Source of the DNA: Octopus sinensis | Lineage: Eukaryota | Length of the DNA: 64,000 nt | Reading direction: 5' to 3' | Assembly (NCBI RefSeq): GCF_006345805.1 | Contig: NC_043002.1 | Span: 11,780,001-11,844,000, forward strand | Shown: one piece after another, positions 13,323 to 26,159 of the stretch | Position numbering within the stretch: the stretch's first letter is position 1 | How the letters are laid out: every line of letters starts with the position of its first letter | Notes under the pieces: generated by a model | Databases searched by the model: none | What the model saw: only the letters and a program-made list of their open reading frames with translations | Told to the model about the DNA's origin: nothing | Position numbers and translations under genes: made by a program

Positions 13323-13323
13323 G

Positions 13324-13360
<37 letters not shown>

Positions 13361-13420
13361 ACAGAAAGAGAGAGACAGACAGACAGATAGATATATAGAT
13401 ATATATATATATATATATAT

Positions 13421-13481
<61 letters not shown>

Positions 13482-13565
13482 ATAGATAAACAGATAGACA
13501 GATAGACAGATAGACAGATAGACAGATAGATAGGTGGGTAAATGAATGGATGGATGGATGGATGG
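13100..13565. repeat. Compound (GA)/(GATA)/(GACA)/(GGAT) microsatellite
   Basis: Seen directly in the sequence. Confidence 0.9.
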
Positions 13566-14149
13566 AAGCGCGGATATAGGTATATCTACAAAATGAGAGG
13601 TAAGAGTAACCTCGACGTTTTATTGGTGCAGCGAAGGAACACAGTCTGAAACTTTGAAGTCATTCTCTACTCACTTATTGCAAAAGTATAATAATTCTGT
13701 ACAATAATGTCGATATATATATATCGACATTAAACAAACAATATATCTTTTTCCATTTATGCCTGTCTCTCTCTCTTCACACACACACACACACACGTGC
13801 ACACACTCATACACACACGCACACAAATATATAGAAATACATAGATATAAGCATATAGAAATACATAGATATAATATTCAATATTATGTGAAGATATTTT
13901 GTTAGATTTCTCTGTTTGCGGATGTATGTTCATGCACTGCTTAAGCAGGATTCTTTTTTTTGTCAATTTTTACGCCTTTCGGTAATAATTTCTTTGAAAA
14001 CCTAGTTTTCGTTTTATAGAGACTGAAACTTTCTGTATCCAGATGTTCCCCACCCTCAAACCCCAGTGAAAATTAAAAAAAAGATTTTTTTTTGTATTTA
14101 TGTAAATATTAATATCATTTGCACAACTGGAACTCCCTTTCTTTATATC

Positions 14150-14724
14150 ACTCACGAGCAGTGGGACTGATCCCGGAACCATGTGGTTGGTAAGCAATCT
14201 ACTTACTTTCTTTATTAGTCACAAGGGCTCAAACACAGAGGGGGACGATACAAAGATATGCAAGGACAAAACAGTGGAGTACATAAAACCTATACGACCG
14301 CGTTCTGTAGACGACAGTTTTTTTTTCCACATTTTTACTAACTTCCACGGGGGGTGTCAGCAATAGACCCTCTCCATCCTTCTTCAACATATTTCTTGCG
14401 TCTGTCTACTTACTTTCTTCTACCACGATTTTCCAAACTTGTAGGGTATTGGTTGGTGTACTTATAACCACGGCCGACGCATAACTACTCCTTGTAGCTT
14501 CTCCCATGACTGGGGAAGAGCTTTCTCACAACAGGCCAACAATTCCGTAATACAACAGTTCAACAGTTCCAAATAAATTTCAACAATATAACAATTCAAC
14601 GTACAACAATAAAATAACGGTAACAACTCACTCTTTCGACGACAAAAAAATCAACACCCATACGCCAGCGGAAGCGGAAGCAACCTGGTAAGCAAGCTAC
14701 ATACCACATAGCCAATCCTGCGCC

Positions 14725-14727
<3 letters not shown>
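14150..14727 (-). mobile_element. SINE family A head, split by the 479-bp insertion
   Basis: 14686-14727 is ggcgcaggattggctatgtggtatgtagcttgcttacca. It continues at 14150-14206 (accacatggttccgggatcagtcccactgc). Confidence 0.7.
14207..14685 (-). mobile_element. Internally deleted (bipartite) Tx1-like non-autonomous retroelement inserted in a SINE head
   Basis: Minus strand has a 5' UTR, an ORF1-like start (MGEATRSSYASAVV) and a 3' end tctgtgtttgagcccttgtgactaataaaag resembling the Tx1 3' end. It is flanked by 19-bp direct repeats at 14188-14206 and 14686-14704. Confidence 0.65.
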
Positions 14728-14783
<56 letters not shown>

Positions 14784-14789
14784 TTCTTG

Positions 14790-15245
14790 TACTATATTTT
14801 TTGGGATTGTATTTTATTTTGTATTTTATTTTGTATTTTATTTTGTAATTTTATTTGTATCGTCTTTACGTCCTGTTTTTGTCACATTTTCTTCTTTCCT
14901 TGTTTTTACCCCTCTGCGAAGGAATTTTATTTAATTCTTTCGCAGGAAGGGCTAGTTCGACGAGTCGTGTTCTGTCCTCACCTTCGAAACACGCATGGAG
15001 TCGTACTAGGGACAGCTGATGAAGTGGAATTTTCCTTGTGTTGTTTGTCTTCTACTCTGTTTTTCGTTGTTAAAATTAAGGTCCGTTTCCATGTTTGTTT
15101 TTACGTTTTCGTTTCTCGTTGAGTTCTACGTCTATTTCTGGTGTTCTGTATATATATTTATATATGCATGTATATATACATGTAGATGTAGGTACGTACA
15201 TATATGTATGTATGTATGCATATATTTTATTTATTACATTATATA
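14790..15245 (+). mobile_element. Diverged partial copy of the foldback-like element
   Basis: Aligns by eye to 23100-23530 (ttttatttaatt...gcaggaaggg, ttccttgtgttgtttgtctt, tatatgcatgtatatatacat.tagatgtaggt). Confidence 0.6.
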
Positions 15246-18200
15246 TATATATACATATATTATAATATTAGGGAGTATAGCTCCAAACTTACAGGGAAAA
15301 ATTCAATTTAGTATTAAATCAAATTTCACAGTATAAATATATATATATATAATATGAATTAGAGATAAAACAACTATTAATTAGTGGCTTTATCTCTAAT
15401 TCATATTTTATGTGTGTGCGTGTGTGTATTATACATGTATGTGTATGGTGCATGTGTATGCTTGTGTGCTTAAGTCTATCATAAATATAAAACACACACA
15501 ATCACATTCCCCCACACATATATTCTTATTACGACGGAAGCAGTAGTACTTTAAAATAGCATTCGTTATATCTTGCAAACTACAGTTTTCGTTTTGAGGA
15601 AGCTTCTTCTATAGACGTACGTATAGTGCTAAAAAAATCACTTATGTGTACCGGCAGTAATCGAAAAGCGTCCATAAGTGGAGTTGGAATTGCTAAATCA
15701 TCCTTTCTGTTTCTTTCTACGTCATCAGTAGCAATTATCTGCAATCAACTGCATGGTTAGACAAATATAGTCTCTACTGATACAGAAAAACAGTGACTAT
15801 GAAATAACTGGTGCCGCAAATAGCTGGCGGACTGATGACGTGCAATGACACAGAAATCCTGGTTTAACATCTCTAGAACTAAGTATAGGACAATTTCCGT
15901 CTGCTTTTATCTCACGTGTGTACTTTTTAGTACTGTACGTCTACACAAGAAGCTTCCTCAAGACTAATCTGCAGCTTTGTGGTTTTGTATGGCGTATCCA
16001 CCTTAAAGATAATATACAGTTGCATATACTGAGGAAAGAATACTTCAAGGAAGGCGAACTATCAGTACATTAGACAAAACAAGATCAACGGGGAGAACGG
16101 TTGACAAAATTTGTATAAGAGGGTGGGCGTGGAAAAATGAGTTTTGAAATTCGCATTTGTAATCTTTTAAAACTAAATTCATAAACTAAGTATTTCTTCT
16201 TTCTGATAATGTCTACATTGAAATATAGCTTCTACAAGAACATAATGGTGATCCTATATGAAGTGATCGTGGCAGTATATAACTTAGTGACACATATTCC
16301 ATCCGTTACCAATAAAATCTTTGTGCATTTTTATCGCTCACTAGCTGATAAATTCTATAAACAATATATTTGAATGAGATAACGGAGGATTAAATTATGA
16401 TAGATTATCTATAGATACATTTAGCATGTAATATAATCTTTCAATCAGATGTCATTGGTTGGCTTAGGGCTATACTAGGAGGCATTTGCCTAGAGTGCTG
16501 TGCAATGGGATCAAACCCTAAATCCCGTAACTGAAAAGCAAGCTTCTTAACCAGAAAATAAGTTTTTCATTTGTCATATTACGCTCTTTTGATTAATGAT
16601 TTTTAATTTTCTAATTTGATGTATTTTGTGCATGTTTTTTTTTTGATTTTGTTTATCAATGTTTATTGTTTATTTATCAATGTTTATTTCCTACAGAATT
16701 TGTAGGCAATGCTGTAAATTACGACGGTTCGTATACAAATAGGTCTATGCGATTCGTATACGAAATCTATAGCATTCAGAGCCATCATTGAATTCGATAT
16801 TTCATTATTGAAATGAGAATATCGCACTGCTAACACAAAAAGTATCATACACTATTGAGTTGTAAACCTTTAATATACTCTGTTAGTATATTATGGTTGC
16901 AAAACGAGGAACCGTCCTCGCAAGAAATTAATGTTTATTTTGTCTAAATATTTTATAACAAAATTGTTCCTTCTATTATTGTCTTGTACGCAGGTCAAGT
17001 AGTTTTTGCATCGGAGTAAGACGTAAACGGAAAAAAACACACAAATTCCCCAAGGAGTAAGTAACAGAACATTCTAAAGGGCTGAAAACTCACAGGAATC
17101 GATGTAGCTCAAGCTTTTCGAAGGTTTTCTATGAATATCGAAAACGAAATATATTTTAGATTAACAAATGCGATCTTTACTAAGTGTTGGCTTCATTATT
17201 TCTCTTCCTATGGTATGTAAAGACATTTACAGGGAGCAATTGTTAACAACGAATAGCACACACCAGACAATTTACAACATATCATGTCTACACACTTGGT
17301 TTGTTTTGTTTTGCTTCTCTCTCATAATATTTCTGCAAATATTGTCACGTCAGGGAGATGGCCTCCATTACTTCGCTATGAGCCCATAATATTCTTGCGA
17401 TAGAACTAACATTCTACAAGAGTTTTCAACAGAGGAAAGAACAAGAAGACAAAAAAAAAGACAAACAAACAAAAACAAAACTAAACAAAACAACAAAACA
17501 ATAACTAAACAAAACGAAACAAAAACAAAGTTTCGTATTTTTAAGCGAAGAACAAACGTGGTGATAAAGAAGTGGGCTGGAAAATTATCCAGGTTGCCTT
17601 TAGCTGTTGCGGTGTCAAAAATCAAGAGATTTCAGTTGTTATGCTGAGGATGATGTGCTTTAGAGAGATCAGTTGATTCAATCACATTCCCTGAAGCTAG
17701 TTCTTAATGCAGTGCTTCTAATAAAAGCATACACGCTTGGTTTCATACTCGGTTAAAAACATTCCTCGACATGGACAGTGTCCTGCTGATAATATGCAGG
17801 AATTTATCGGTCAGGAATAATGAATCTATAGCAGAATAGATCGGAAACTATAATTGAACACATAGTGTTCGACCCAAGATAACAAAACCCTTGTCAGGAA
17901 GTGTGCATATCTGCTTACCAGCTTCGAAAGCTAAAAAGAATGCACACAAACTGATTTTCTACCTTGGAAAGAAGCGAATTTGAGTCTACGATAACCGAAC
18001 GAAATAAAGAAGAAAAGAAGAAAAGAAAAGAGAAATGAATAAGAAAATAAACTCTGCAAACATTGCATACGTATTCTATAATAAAAAAGAAAAAGCTGCA
18101 TCGTATGTAACAGATTAAACCAGCATCATAGTCATATAGATATATGTGCGTGTGCCTACGTGTGTATGTGTGTGTGTGTATAAAGTTATGGAAATATATC

Positions 18201-18352
18201 TAGATCTATCTAGAAGTGTCTATGTATACACGCACATATAAACATGTATATATACACGTATGGATATATCTGTTAGCATCGATACGTTTATATGTATATC
18301 TGTTTCGATAAATTTATATATATTATATATATATATATATTATTATATATAT

Positions 18353-18440
<88 letters not shown>

Positions 18441-19324
18441 AAAATTTCGAAAATAATTATTTCTTATTGAACATATTAATTTATATATAGAGGGCATTAT
18501 ACATACATGCCAGGAGGCATTCTACATACATGCCAAACGCTAAGAGGGACAATCAGTCATTTCTACCAAAAATATTACTAATATATATATATATGGAAAG
18601 AGAAAGAGAGAGAGTAAGGCAATAGAGAGACATATTTTCGGACTCTTTTCCGTCAATGTATGCCTTCTTTACCCTCTGTCTGTTTATCTGCATATGTATG
18701 CGCTTCTTCCTCATCTCTACTTCACACATAAATGTAACCACATGATGCATAACACAATCACAATTTCTCAAAAATGCACACACACACACACACACTGACA
18801 AATGCAAATATATTTATATATATACACACATTTATACGCTCAAGCGCGTACACAGACACTCAAACACACATACATATGCGTATATGTACATACACCCATA
18901 TATATATGCATACACACACGTATATACGTATGTGCTCGGTTAGTGTTTTGAATTCTATTTCGCTGAATTTAACCTTCATCTTTGTACTTGAGATTTTCGA
19001 AATAAAATCAAAAAATACCATCGTAAATCGATTGATTATCGAACGGATATTTTGTAGTAATTGTTGCGGCTTTTTACGTTTTGAGTTCAGATACAGTTAG
19101 GGCTTAATTGGTAGCTTGTGTGTCTCTAACGGAAACCCCTCTGTAGTAAATATTTGTGTCAGATATCCGGTGCGAAGATAACTTAAATATTCCTTGAAAA
19201 CACTGTAGAAGATTATGGGCAATGCCTTCTCTCTTGAACTGTAAATATAAATATGGCTCCAACGCCGACATGAACGCTACATCATTTGTGTGATGTGGAA
19301 AATATTCCATCAATATTTATTTGT

Positions 19325-19538
19325 TTATTGTTTAACACAGAGGGGACGAACAAGGACAGACAAAATGGTTTAAGTCGATTAGTTCGACCCCAGTGCGTAA
19401 CTGGTAACTATTTAATCGACACCGAAAGGTTGAAAGGCAAAGTCGACCTCGGCGGAATTTGAACTCAGAACGTAACGACGGACGAAATACTGCTAAGCAT
19501 TTCGCCCGGCGTGCTAACGATTCTGTCAGCTCGTCCTC
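19325..19538 (-). mobile_element. SINE family B
   Basis: Reverse complement of the family B consensus. Confidence 0.8.
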
Positions 19539-19589
19539 CTATTATTATTCCATCAATATTGCACAAATGATGCTGATTTCAATTTTTAA

Positions 19590-19830
19590 ATCCACCCGAG
19601 ACATGGCTCCCGTGCTATAAAATCGAACTCGAGAAACAACATTACAACACAACTACATGCCCCACCCGGTCTAGTTCTCTTTAATATTATAAGAAAATAC
19701 ATCATAACGGAAACAGATCGCATAAAATTCAAAACTTCTCTGGACAAATTTCTCCAAAACATCCTGGGCCAACTGCTACACCCCGATATGTCTCCAAAAA
19801 TGATAACTCTTTGCTAGAATGGGCCATGGT
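19590..19830 (+). mobile_element. CR1-like LINE 3' remnant
   Basis: Translates to GLVLFNIIRKYIITETDRIKFKTSLDKFLQNI. Confidence 0.65.
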
Positions 19831-19986
19831 GTCCCATATATGACTGAAGTGTGAATCACGATCTAAAAGACTTCACCAGGTGGTGCTATGAAGTTAGGTA
19901 TGATCTGGGCCTATATTGGCCGAAACCTATCCAAGTTATTTGATTTGTAATTTACGATCAAAGTCGTATTCAAACGTATTTAATAG

Positions 19987-20130
19987 AAGAATTCGAAATT
20001 TTATGTTACGAGAAGGAGCCTATATCATGCAAGTGGCTTCTGGACTAATCAGAATTTTTGTCATTCCGTTGAATTCAGAAGCAGGTTTGGTCATCTCTCT
20101 CACTGTGTGCATGTATGCATATATATAGGT

Positions 20131-20165
<35 letters not shown>

Positions 20166-20880
20166 TACATACACACACACACGCACATACACACACACAC
20201 GCACACACTGAAAAGTTTTCAAAATTTTCATTGAATTTCTTTGAAAAGTTTTACAAAATCTTCATCAAATTCTTTTGAAAAGTTCTACAAAATTTTCACC
20301 ATAATCTTTGAAAAGTTTTTCAAAGTTTTCATGAAATTCCTTTGAAAAATTTTATCAAATTCCTTGAAAAAGATTTTCAAAATTTTCACAATAATCTTTA
20401 AAAAGTTTTTCAAAATTTTCACAATAATCTTTAAAAAGTTTTTCAAAATTTTCACAATAATCTTTAAAAAGTTTTTCAAAATTTTCATCAAATTCTATTG
20501 AAAAAATGAAGAATTCAAAATTTTATGTTACGAAAAGAAGCCTATATCATACTAGTGACTTCTGGACTAATCAAAATTTTCGTCACTCCGTTGAATTCAG
20601 AAGCAGGTTTGGTCATCTCTCACACTGTGTGTTTGTCTGTGTGCATGTATACATATATATAGGTACACACATACACACACACACACACACACGCGCACAC
20701 ACACACACACACATACACACACACACACACACGCACACACTGAAAAGTTTTTCAAAATTTTCATTGAAATTCTTTGAAAAGTTTTACAAAATCTTTATTA
20801 AATTCTTTTGAAAAGTTCTACAAAATTTTCACCATAATCTTTAAAAAGTTTTTCAAAGTTTTCATGAAATTCCTTTGAAA
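19987..20880. repeat. ~521-bp tandem duplication (unique segment, (CA)n and satellite start)
   Basis: 19987-20350 matches 20508-20880 (for example ccgttgaattcagaagcaggtttggtcatctctc occurs in both). Confidence 0.85.
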
Positions 20881-22052
20881 AGTTTTTTAAAAGTTTCATC
20901 AAATTCCTTGAAAAAGTTTTTCAAAATTTTCATCAAATTCTATTGAAAAAACTTTCAAAATATTCATGAAATTCCTTTGAAAAGTTTTTTGAAATTTTCA
21001 GCAAAATCTCTGAAAGGCTTTTCAAAATTTTCATGAAATTCCTTTGAAAACATTTTCAAATTTTTCAGCATAATGTTTAAAATGCTTTTCAAAATTTACA
21101 TCAAATTCTTTTGAAATGTTTTAAAAATTTTCATGAAATTTTTTTTGAAATTTTCACCAAAACCTCTGAAAAGTTTTTCAAAATTATCCACAAATTCTTT
21201 TGAAGAGCTTTTTCTTCAAAATTTTCATGAAATTCCTTTGAAAAGTTTTTTTATATTTTCACCCAAAATCTTTGAAAAGTTTTTCAAAATTTTCGTCGAA
21301 TTCCTTTGAAAATCTTTTCAAAATTTTCGTCAAATTCCTTTTAAAAGTTTTTGAAAATTTTCACCGAAATCTGTAAAATTTAAAAAAATATTTTCGTCGA
21401 AAAACCTTTGGAAAGTTTTTTGAAAATTTTCACCAAAATCTTTGAAAAGTTTTCCAAAATTTTTGTCGAATGCCTTTAAAAGGTTTTTCAAAATTTTCAT
21501 CAAATTCCTTTGAAAAGTTTTTCATAATTTTCATCGATTTCCTTTGAAAAGTTTTTTTACATTTTCACCGAAATCTTTGAAAAGTTTTCAAAATTTTCGT
21601 CGAATTCCTTTGAAAAGTTTTTCAAAATTTTCATCGATTTGAAAAGTTTTTCAAAATTTTCATCGATTTGAAAAGTTTTTTGAAAATTTTCACCAAAATC
21701 TTTGAAAAGTTTTCCAAAATTTTTGTCGAATGCCTTTAAAACGTTTTTCAAAATTTTCATGAAATTCCTTTGAAAAGTTTTTCATAATTTTCATCGATTT
21801 CCTTTGAAAAGTTTTTTTACATTTTCACCGAAATCTTTGAAAAGTTTTTCAAAATTTTCGTCGAATTCCTTTGAAAAGTTTTTCAAAATTTTCATCGATT
21901 TGAAAAGTTTTTCAAAATTTTCATCGATTTGAAAAGTTTTTTGAAATTTTCACCAAAATCTTTGAAAAGTTTTTCAAAATTTTTATCGAATTCCTTTGAA
22001 AAGTTTTTCAAAGTCTTCACCAAAATCTTTGAAAAGTTTTTCAAATTTTCAT
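20208..22052. repeat. 33-34 bp AT-rich minisatellite/satellite with a ~260-bp higher-order repeat
   Basis: Unit is approximately TTTGAAAAGTTTTTCAAAATTTTCATCAAATTCC. 21411-21669 recurs at 21670-21930. The array is interrupted by 20505-20740. Confidence 0.9.
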
Positions 22053-22381
22053 GCACATAAATACTGACAACGAAATCTTAACTGGACTTCCAAGAATGAT
22101 GAAGACAACTTTTTGAAATTAGGAAATAAGAAGATGTGATGTTTCACCATTTGTCAACAGCAAGAGTAGGTGAATCGAAATTACAACAACCAGGAAGTGA
22201 AACAAAAAGAAAGCATGATAAAAGTATTCACATATTTCCGAATTAGCCGCTGTTACTTTGTAAATATATATCCATATATATACATCATGGTAAGATGAGT
22301 AAAGGAAGAAATACATTAGCAGATAAAACATTGTACAATACAAACGTTATTTCGAACGCCACGCATCCTTTTCCAAGTAAG

Positions 22382-22456
<75 letters not shown>

Positions 22457-22504
22457 TCGGTGTGTTTATCGGTGTAGATGTATATATGTACGTATCCATG
22501 AAAT

Positions 22505-23533
22505 ATATATATATATATAATTTAAATAATATATAAATATATGCATATATATATATACATATATGTACACACCTACATCTATATGTATATATACATGCAT
22601 ATATGGGTACAGGACATAAAACATTTTTTAAGGATTTTTTTAAGGAAAATGAGAAACGAAAACATAAAAACAAAAACATGGAAACGAACTTTTTTTCAAA
22701 CAACGAAAAAGACAGAGTACAAGACATACAACACAGGGAATATTGCCTTTCTTCAGTTGTCCTCTTTCGTTTACTCTAATTATGATGCGCACTCTTAACT
22801 TTACTAATACTCCTCCGTCTATATCTCTCCCTCTCTTGTTCTTCATCCTTTCTGGTTTTCTCTCCACTCTCCCCTATTTTTCTCCTCTCTCCTTCACCGT
22901 TCCCTCTCTCTTATTCCACCCCCTCCTCGACTCTCTCATCATTGACAGAGGGAAGCCATCTTTCCAACTGCTATCTTCACCGAGACAAGACGACTTATCC
23001 TGTCCCTCTCATAAGTCTCTTTAATGCGTTCAAAATAATTTTTCCATCGTCTTGGCTTAACAGCCCTTTTCGTTTGTTTTTCTGTGTTATTTTCTTTGTC
23101 TTGTCTTTTATTGTTTTTACTTTTATTGTTTTTATTGGGGTTTTTTTCACTTACTGTCCTGTTCTTGTCACCACTTGCACCCCTCCGCAAAAAAATCACA
23201 AATTTTATTTAATTTGCTTTGCGGGAAGGACTGTTTCAACGAAGTCTCATCTTGTCCTTACCTTCCTCTTTCGTCTACGCGGAGTAAACGAAACAGGGAC
23301 ACTGAAAAAGGGGAATATTCCTTGTGTTGTATGTCTTTTACTCTGTTTTTCCGTTGTTTGAAAAAAAGTTTGTTTCCATGTTTTTGTTTTTATGTTTTCG
23401 TTTCTCATTGTGTTCAACGTTTGTCTGATGTCCTGTACCCATATATGCATGTATATATACATATAGATGTAGGTGTGTACATGTGTGTATGTATATATGC
23501 ATATATTTATATATTATTTAAATTATATATATA
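22505..23533. mobile_element. Foldback-like element with ~230-bp inverted arms (copy 1)
   Basis: 22505-22744 is the reverse complement of about 23310-23533, with one divergent patch. The interior is about 570 bp and non-coding. Confidence 0.65.
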
Positions 23534-23928
23534 TGGTAAGTAGCTTGCTTACCACCTCATGGTTCCGGGTTCAGTCCCACTGCGTGGCACCTTGGGCAAA
23601 TGTCTTCTACTATATCCTCGGGCCGACCAAAGCCTTGTGTGTAGATTTGGTAGACGGAAACTGAAAGAAGCCCGTCGTATATATGTATATATATGTATAT
23701 GTGTGTGTGCGTGTATCTTTGTGTTTGTCCCCCTAGCATTGCTTGACAACCGATGCTGGTGTGTCTATGCCCCCGTCACCTAGCGGTTCGGCAAAAGAGA
23801 CCGATAGAATAAGTACTGGACTTACAAGAATAAGTCCCGGGGTCGAGTTGCTCGATTAAAGGCGGTGCTCCAGCATGGCCACAGTCAAATGACTGAAACA
23901 AGTAAAAGAGTAAAGAGAGAGTAAAGAG
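23534..23928 (+). mobile_element. tRNA-derived SINE, family A (CORE-like)
   Basis: tRNA-like head ggttccgggttcagtccc, CORE-like accttgggcaa, internal (TG)n, tail ggcggtgctccagcatggcc...gtaaaagag. Confidence 0.85.
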
Positions 23929-24007
23929 TATATATATAATATATTATATATATATAAATATCGGTGTGTTTATCGGTGTAGATGTATATATGTACGTATC
24001 CATGAAA

Positions 24008-25036
24008 TATATATATATATATAATTTAAATAATATATAAATATATGCATATATATATATACATATATGTACACACCTACATCTATATGTATATACATGC
24101 ATATATGGGTACAGGACATAAAACATTTTTTAAGGATTTTTTTAAGGAAAATGAGAAACGAAAACATAAAAACAAAAACATGGAAACGAACTTTTTTTCA
24201 AACAACGAAAAAGACAGAGTACAAGACATACAACACAGGGAATATTGCCTTTCTTCAGTTGTCCCTCTTTCGTTTACTCTAATTATGATGCGCACTCTTA
24301 ACTTTTACTAATACTCCTCCGTCTATATCTCTCCCTCTCTTGTTCTTCATCCTTTCTGGTTTTCTCTCCCACTCTCCCCTATTTTTCTCCTCTCTCCTTC
24401 ACCGTTCCCTCTCTCTTATTCCACCCCCTCCTCGACTCTCTCATCATTGACAGAGGAAGCCATCTTTCCAACTGCTATCTTCACCGAGACAAGACGACTT
24501 ATCCTGTCCCTCTCATAAGTCTCTTTAATGCGTTCAAAATAATTTTTCCATCGTCTTGGCTTAACAGCCCTTTTCGTTTGTTTTTCTGTGTTATTTTCTT
24601 GTCTTGTCTTTTATTGTTTTTACTTTTATTGTTTTTATTGGGGTTTTTTTTTCACTTACTGTCCTGTTCTTGTCACCACTTGCACCCCTCCGCAAAAAAA
24701 TCACAAATTTTATTTAATTTGCTGCGGGAAGGACTGTTTCAACGAAGTCTCATCTTGTCCTTACCTTCCTCTTTCGTCTACGCGGAGTAGACGAAACAGG
24801 GACACTGAAAAAGGGGAATATTCCTTGTGTTGTATGTCTTTTACTCTGTTTTTCCGTTGTTTGAAAAAAAGTTTGTTTCCATGTTTTTGTTTTTATGTTT
24901 TCGTTTCTCATTGTGTTCAACGTTTGTCTGATGTCCTGTACCCATATATGCATGTATATATACATATAGATGTAGGTGTGTACATGTGTGTATGTATATA
25001 TGCATATATTTATATATTATTTAAATTATATATATA
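24008..25036. mobile_element. Foldback-like element (copy 2, within the tandem duplication)
   Basis: Near-identical to 22505-23533. Confidence 0.65.
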
Positions 25037-25433
25037 TGGTAAGTAGCTTGCTTACCAACCTCATGGTTCCGGGTTCAGTCCCACTGCGTGGCACCTTGGG
25101 CAAATGTCTTCTACTATATCCTCGGGCCGACCAAAGCCTTGTGTGTAGATTTGGTAGACGGAAACTGAAAGAAGCCCGTCGTATATATGTATATATATGT
25201 ATATGTGTGTGTGCGTGTATCTTTGTGTTTGTCCCCCTAGCATTGCTTGACAACCGATGCTGGTGTGTCTATGCCCCCGTCACCTAGCGGTTCGGCAAAA
25301 GAGACCGATAGAATAAGTACTGGACTTACAAGAATAAGTCCCGGGGTCGAGTTGCTCGATTAAAGGCGGTGCTCCAGCATGGCCACAGTCAAATGACTGA
25401 AACAAGTAAAAGAGTAAAGAGAGAGTAAAGAGT
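25037..25433 (+). mobile_element. SINE family A (duplicate copy)
   Basis: Near-identical to 23534-23928. Confidence 0.85.
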
Positions 25434-25888
25434 ATATATATATATATATATATATATCGGTTCTCGCGGTTAAAATATAATGTTTGCTAGATAGACAACG
25501 TGGGTGGAAGCGGATTGAAGAAATTTACGCCTGCGCATTTTGAATTTGTTGACACTGTTAGTCGGAGTGGTTCATCTGAAGCGATAAGTTCGCTGATAGG
25601 TAAAGTTCCTTCTTTTTAGTGTTTCCAAATCCAAATTAAGAAATTTTGAGCTGACGATAGAAATGCTGATTTTATTTGGCTAATCTTGAAACGTTGACGT
25701 ACTCAAACGATCTATGTACTTGTGATATTTTTCTGTATTTACCTCCAAACCCTCGTGGGCTGTCTGGAGTAAACATTATCTGAGAGAAATTTTCTTTAAG
25801 TTGTAGAAATGCTAAGAAAATTTTTTTTGGCTGCTATTTCTACTAAGTTCAGTATGTGGCAAAGTAGTTTATTTTACTAAGCCCTAAT

Positions 25889-25960
<72 letters not shown>

Positions 25961-26043
25961 GTAAGATCGTTATTTAAAATACTGATCATATCAAGTGGCC
26001 AGCATGGGAATTAAAAACTTATAGGTAGTATTTATTAATAAAT

Positions 26044-26153
26044 TTATAATTAAGGGTATCTAAGAGATACTATCATGTAGAGATGGCAGTCAAAAATCAG
26101 GTTTTCACACCTATCTCTACATGGTGGTATCACTTAGATACCCGTAATTATAA
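26044..26153. repeat. Small inverted repeat or hairpin MITE
   Basis: ~43-bp arms with about 5 mismatches and a ~24-bp spacer. Confidence 0.7.
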
Positions 26154-26159
26154 TTATCA

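Larger units (their letters stand above)
22452..25433. repeat. ~1.5-kb near-identical tandem duplication
   Basis: 22452-23930 matches 23956-25433 (period 1504). Differences are mostly 1-nt homopolymer indels. Confidence 0.92.

Noticed and set aside
15826-15866. CTGATGA...GAAA on the plus strand
   Set aside because: There is no stem I and the stem II closing pair is mismatched, so it is probably chance.
20285-21760. ORFs with an 11-aa KILKNFLKIIV-like periodicity that look like helical repeat proteins; array also CRISPR-like at a glance
   Set aside because: They are a by-product of the 33-bp satellite. There are no unique spacers and no cas genes, and the DNA is eukaryotic.
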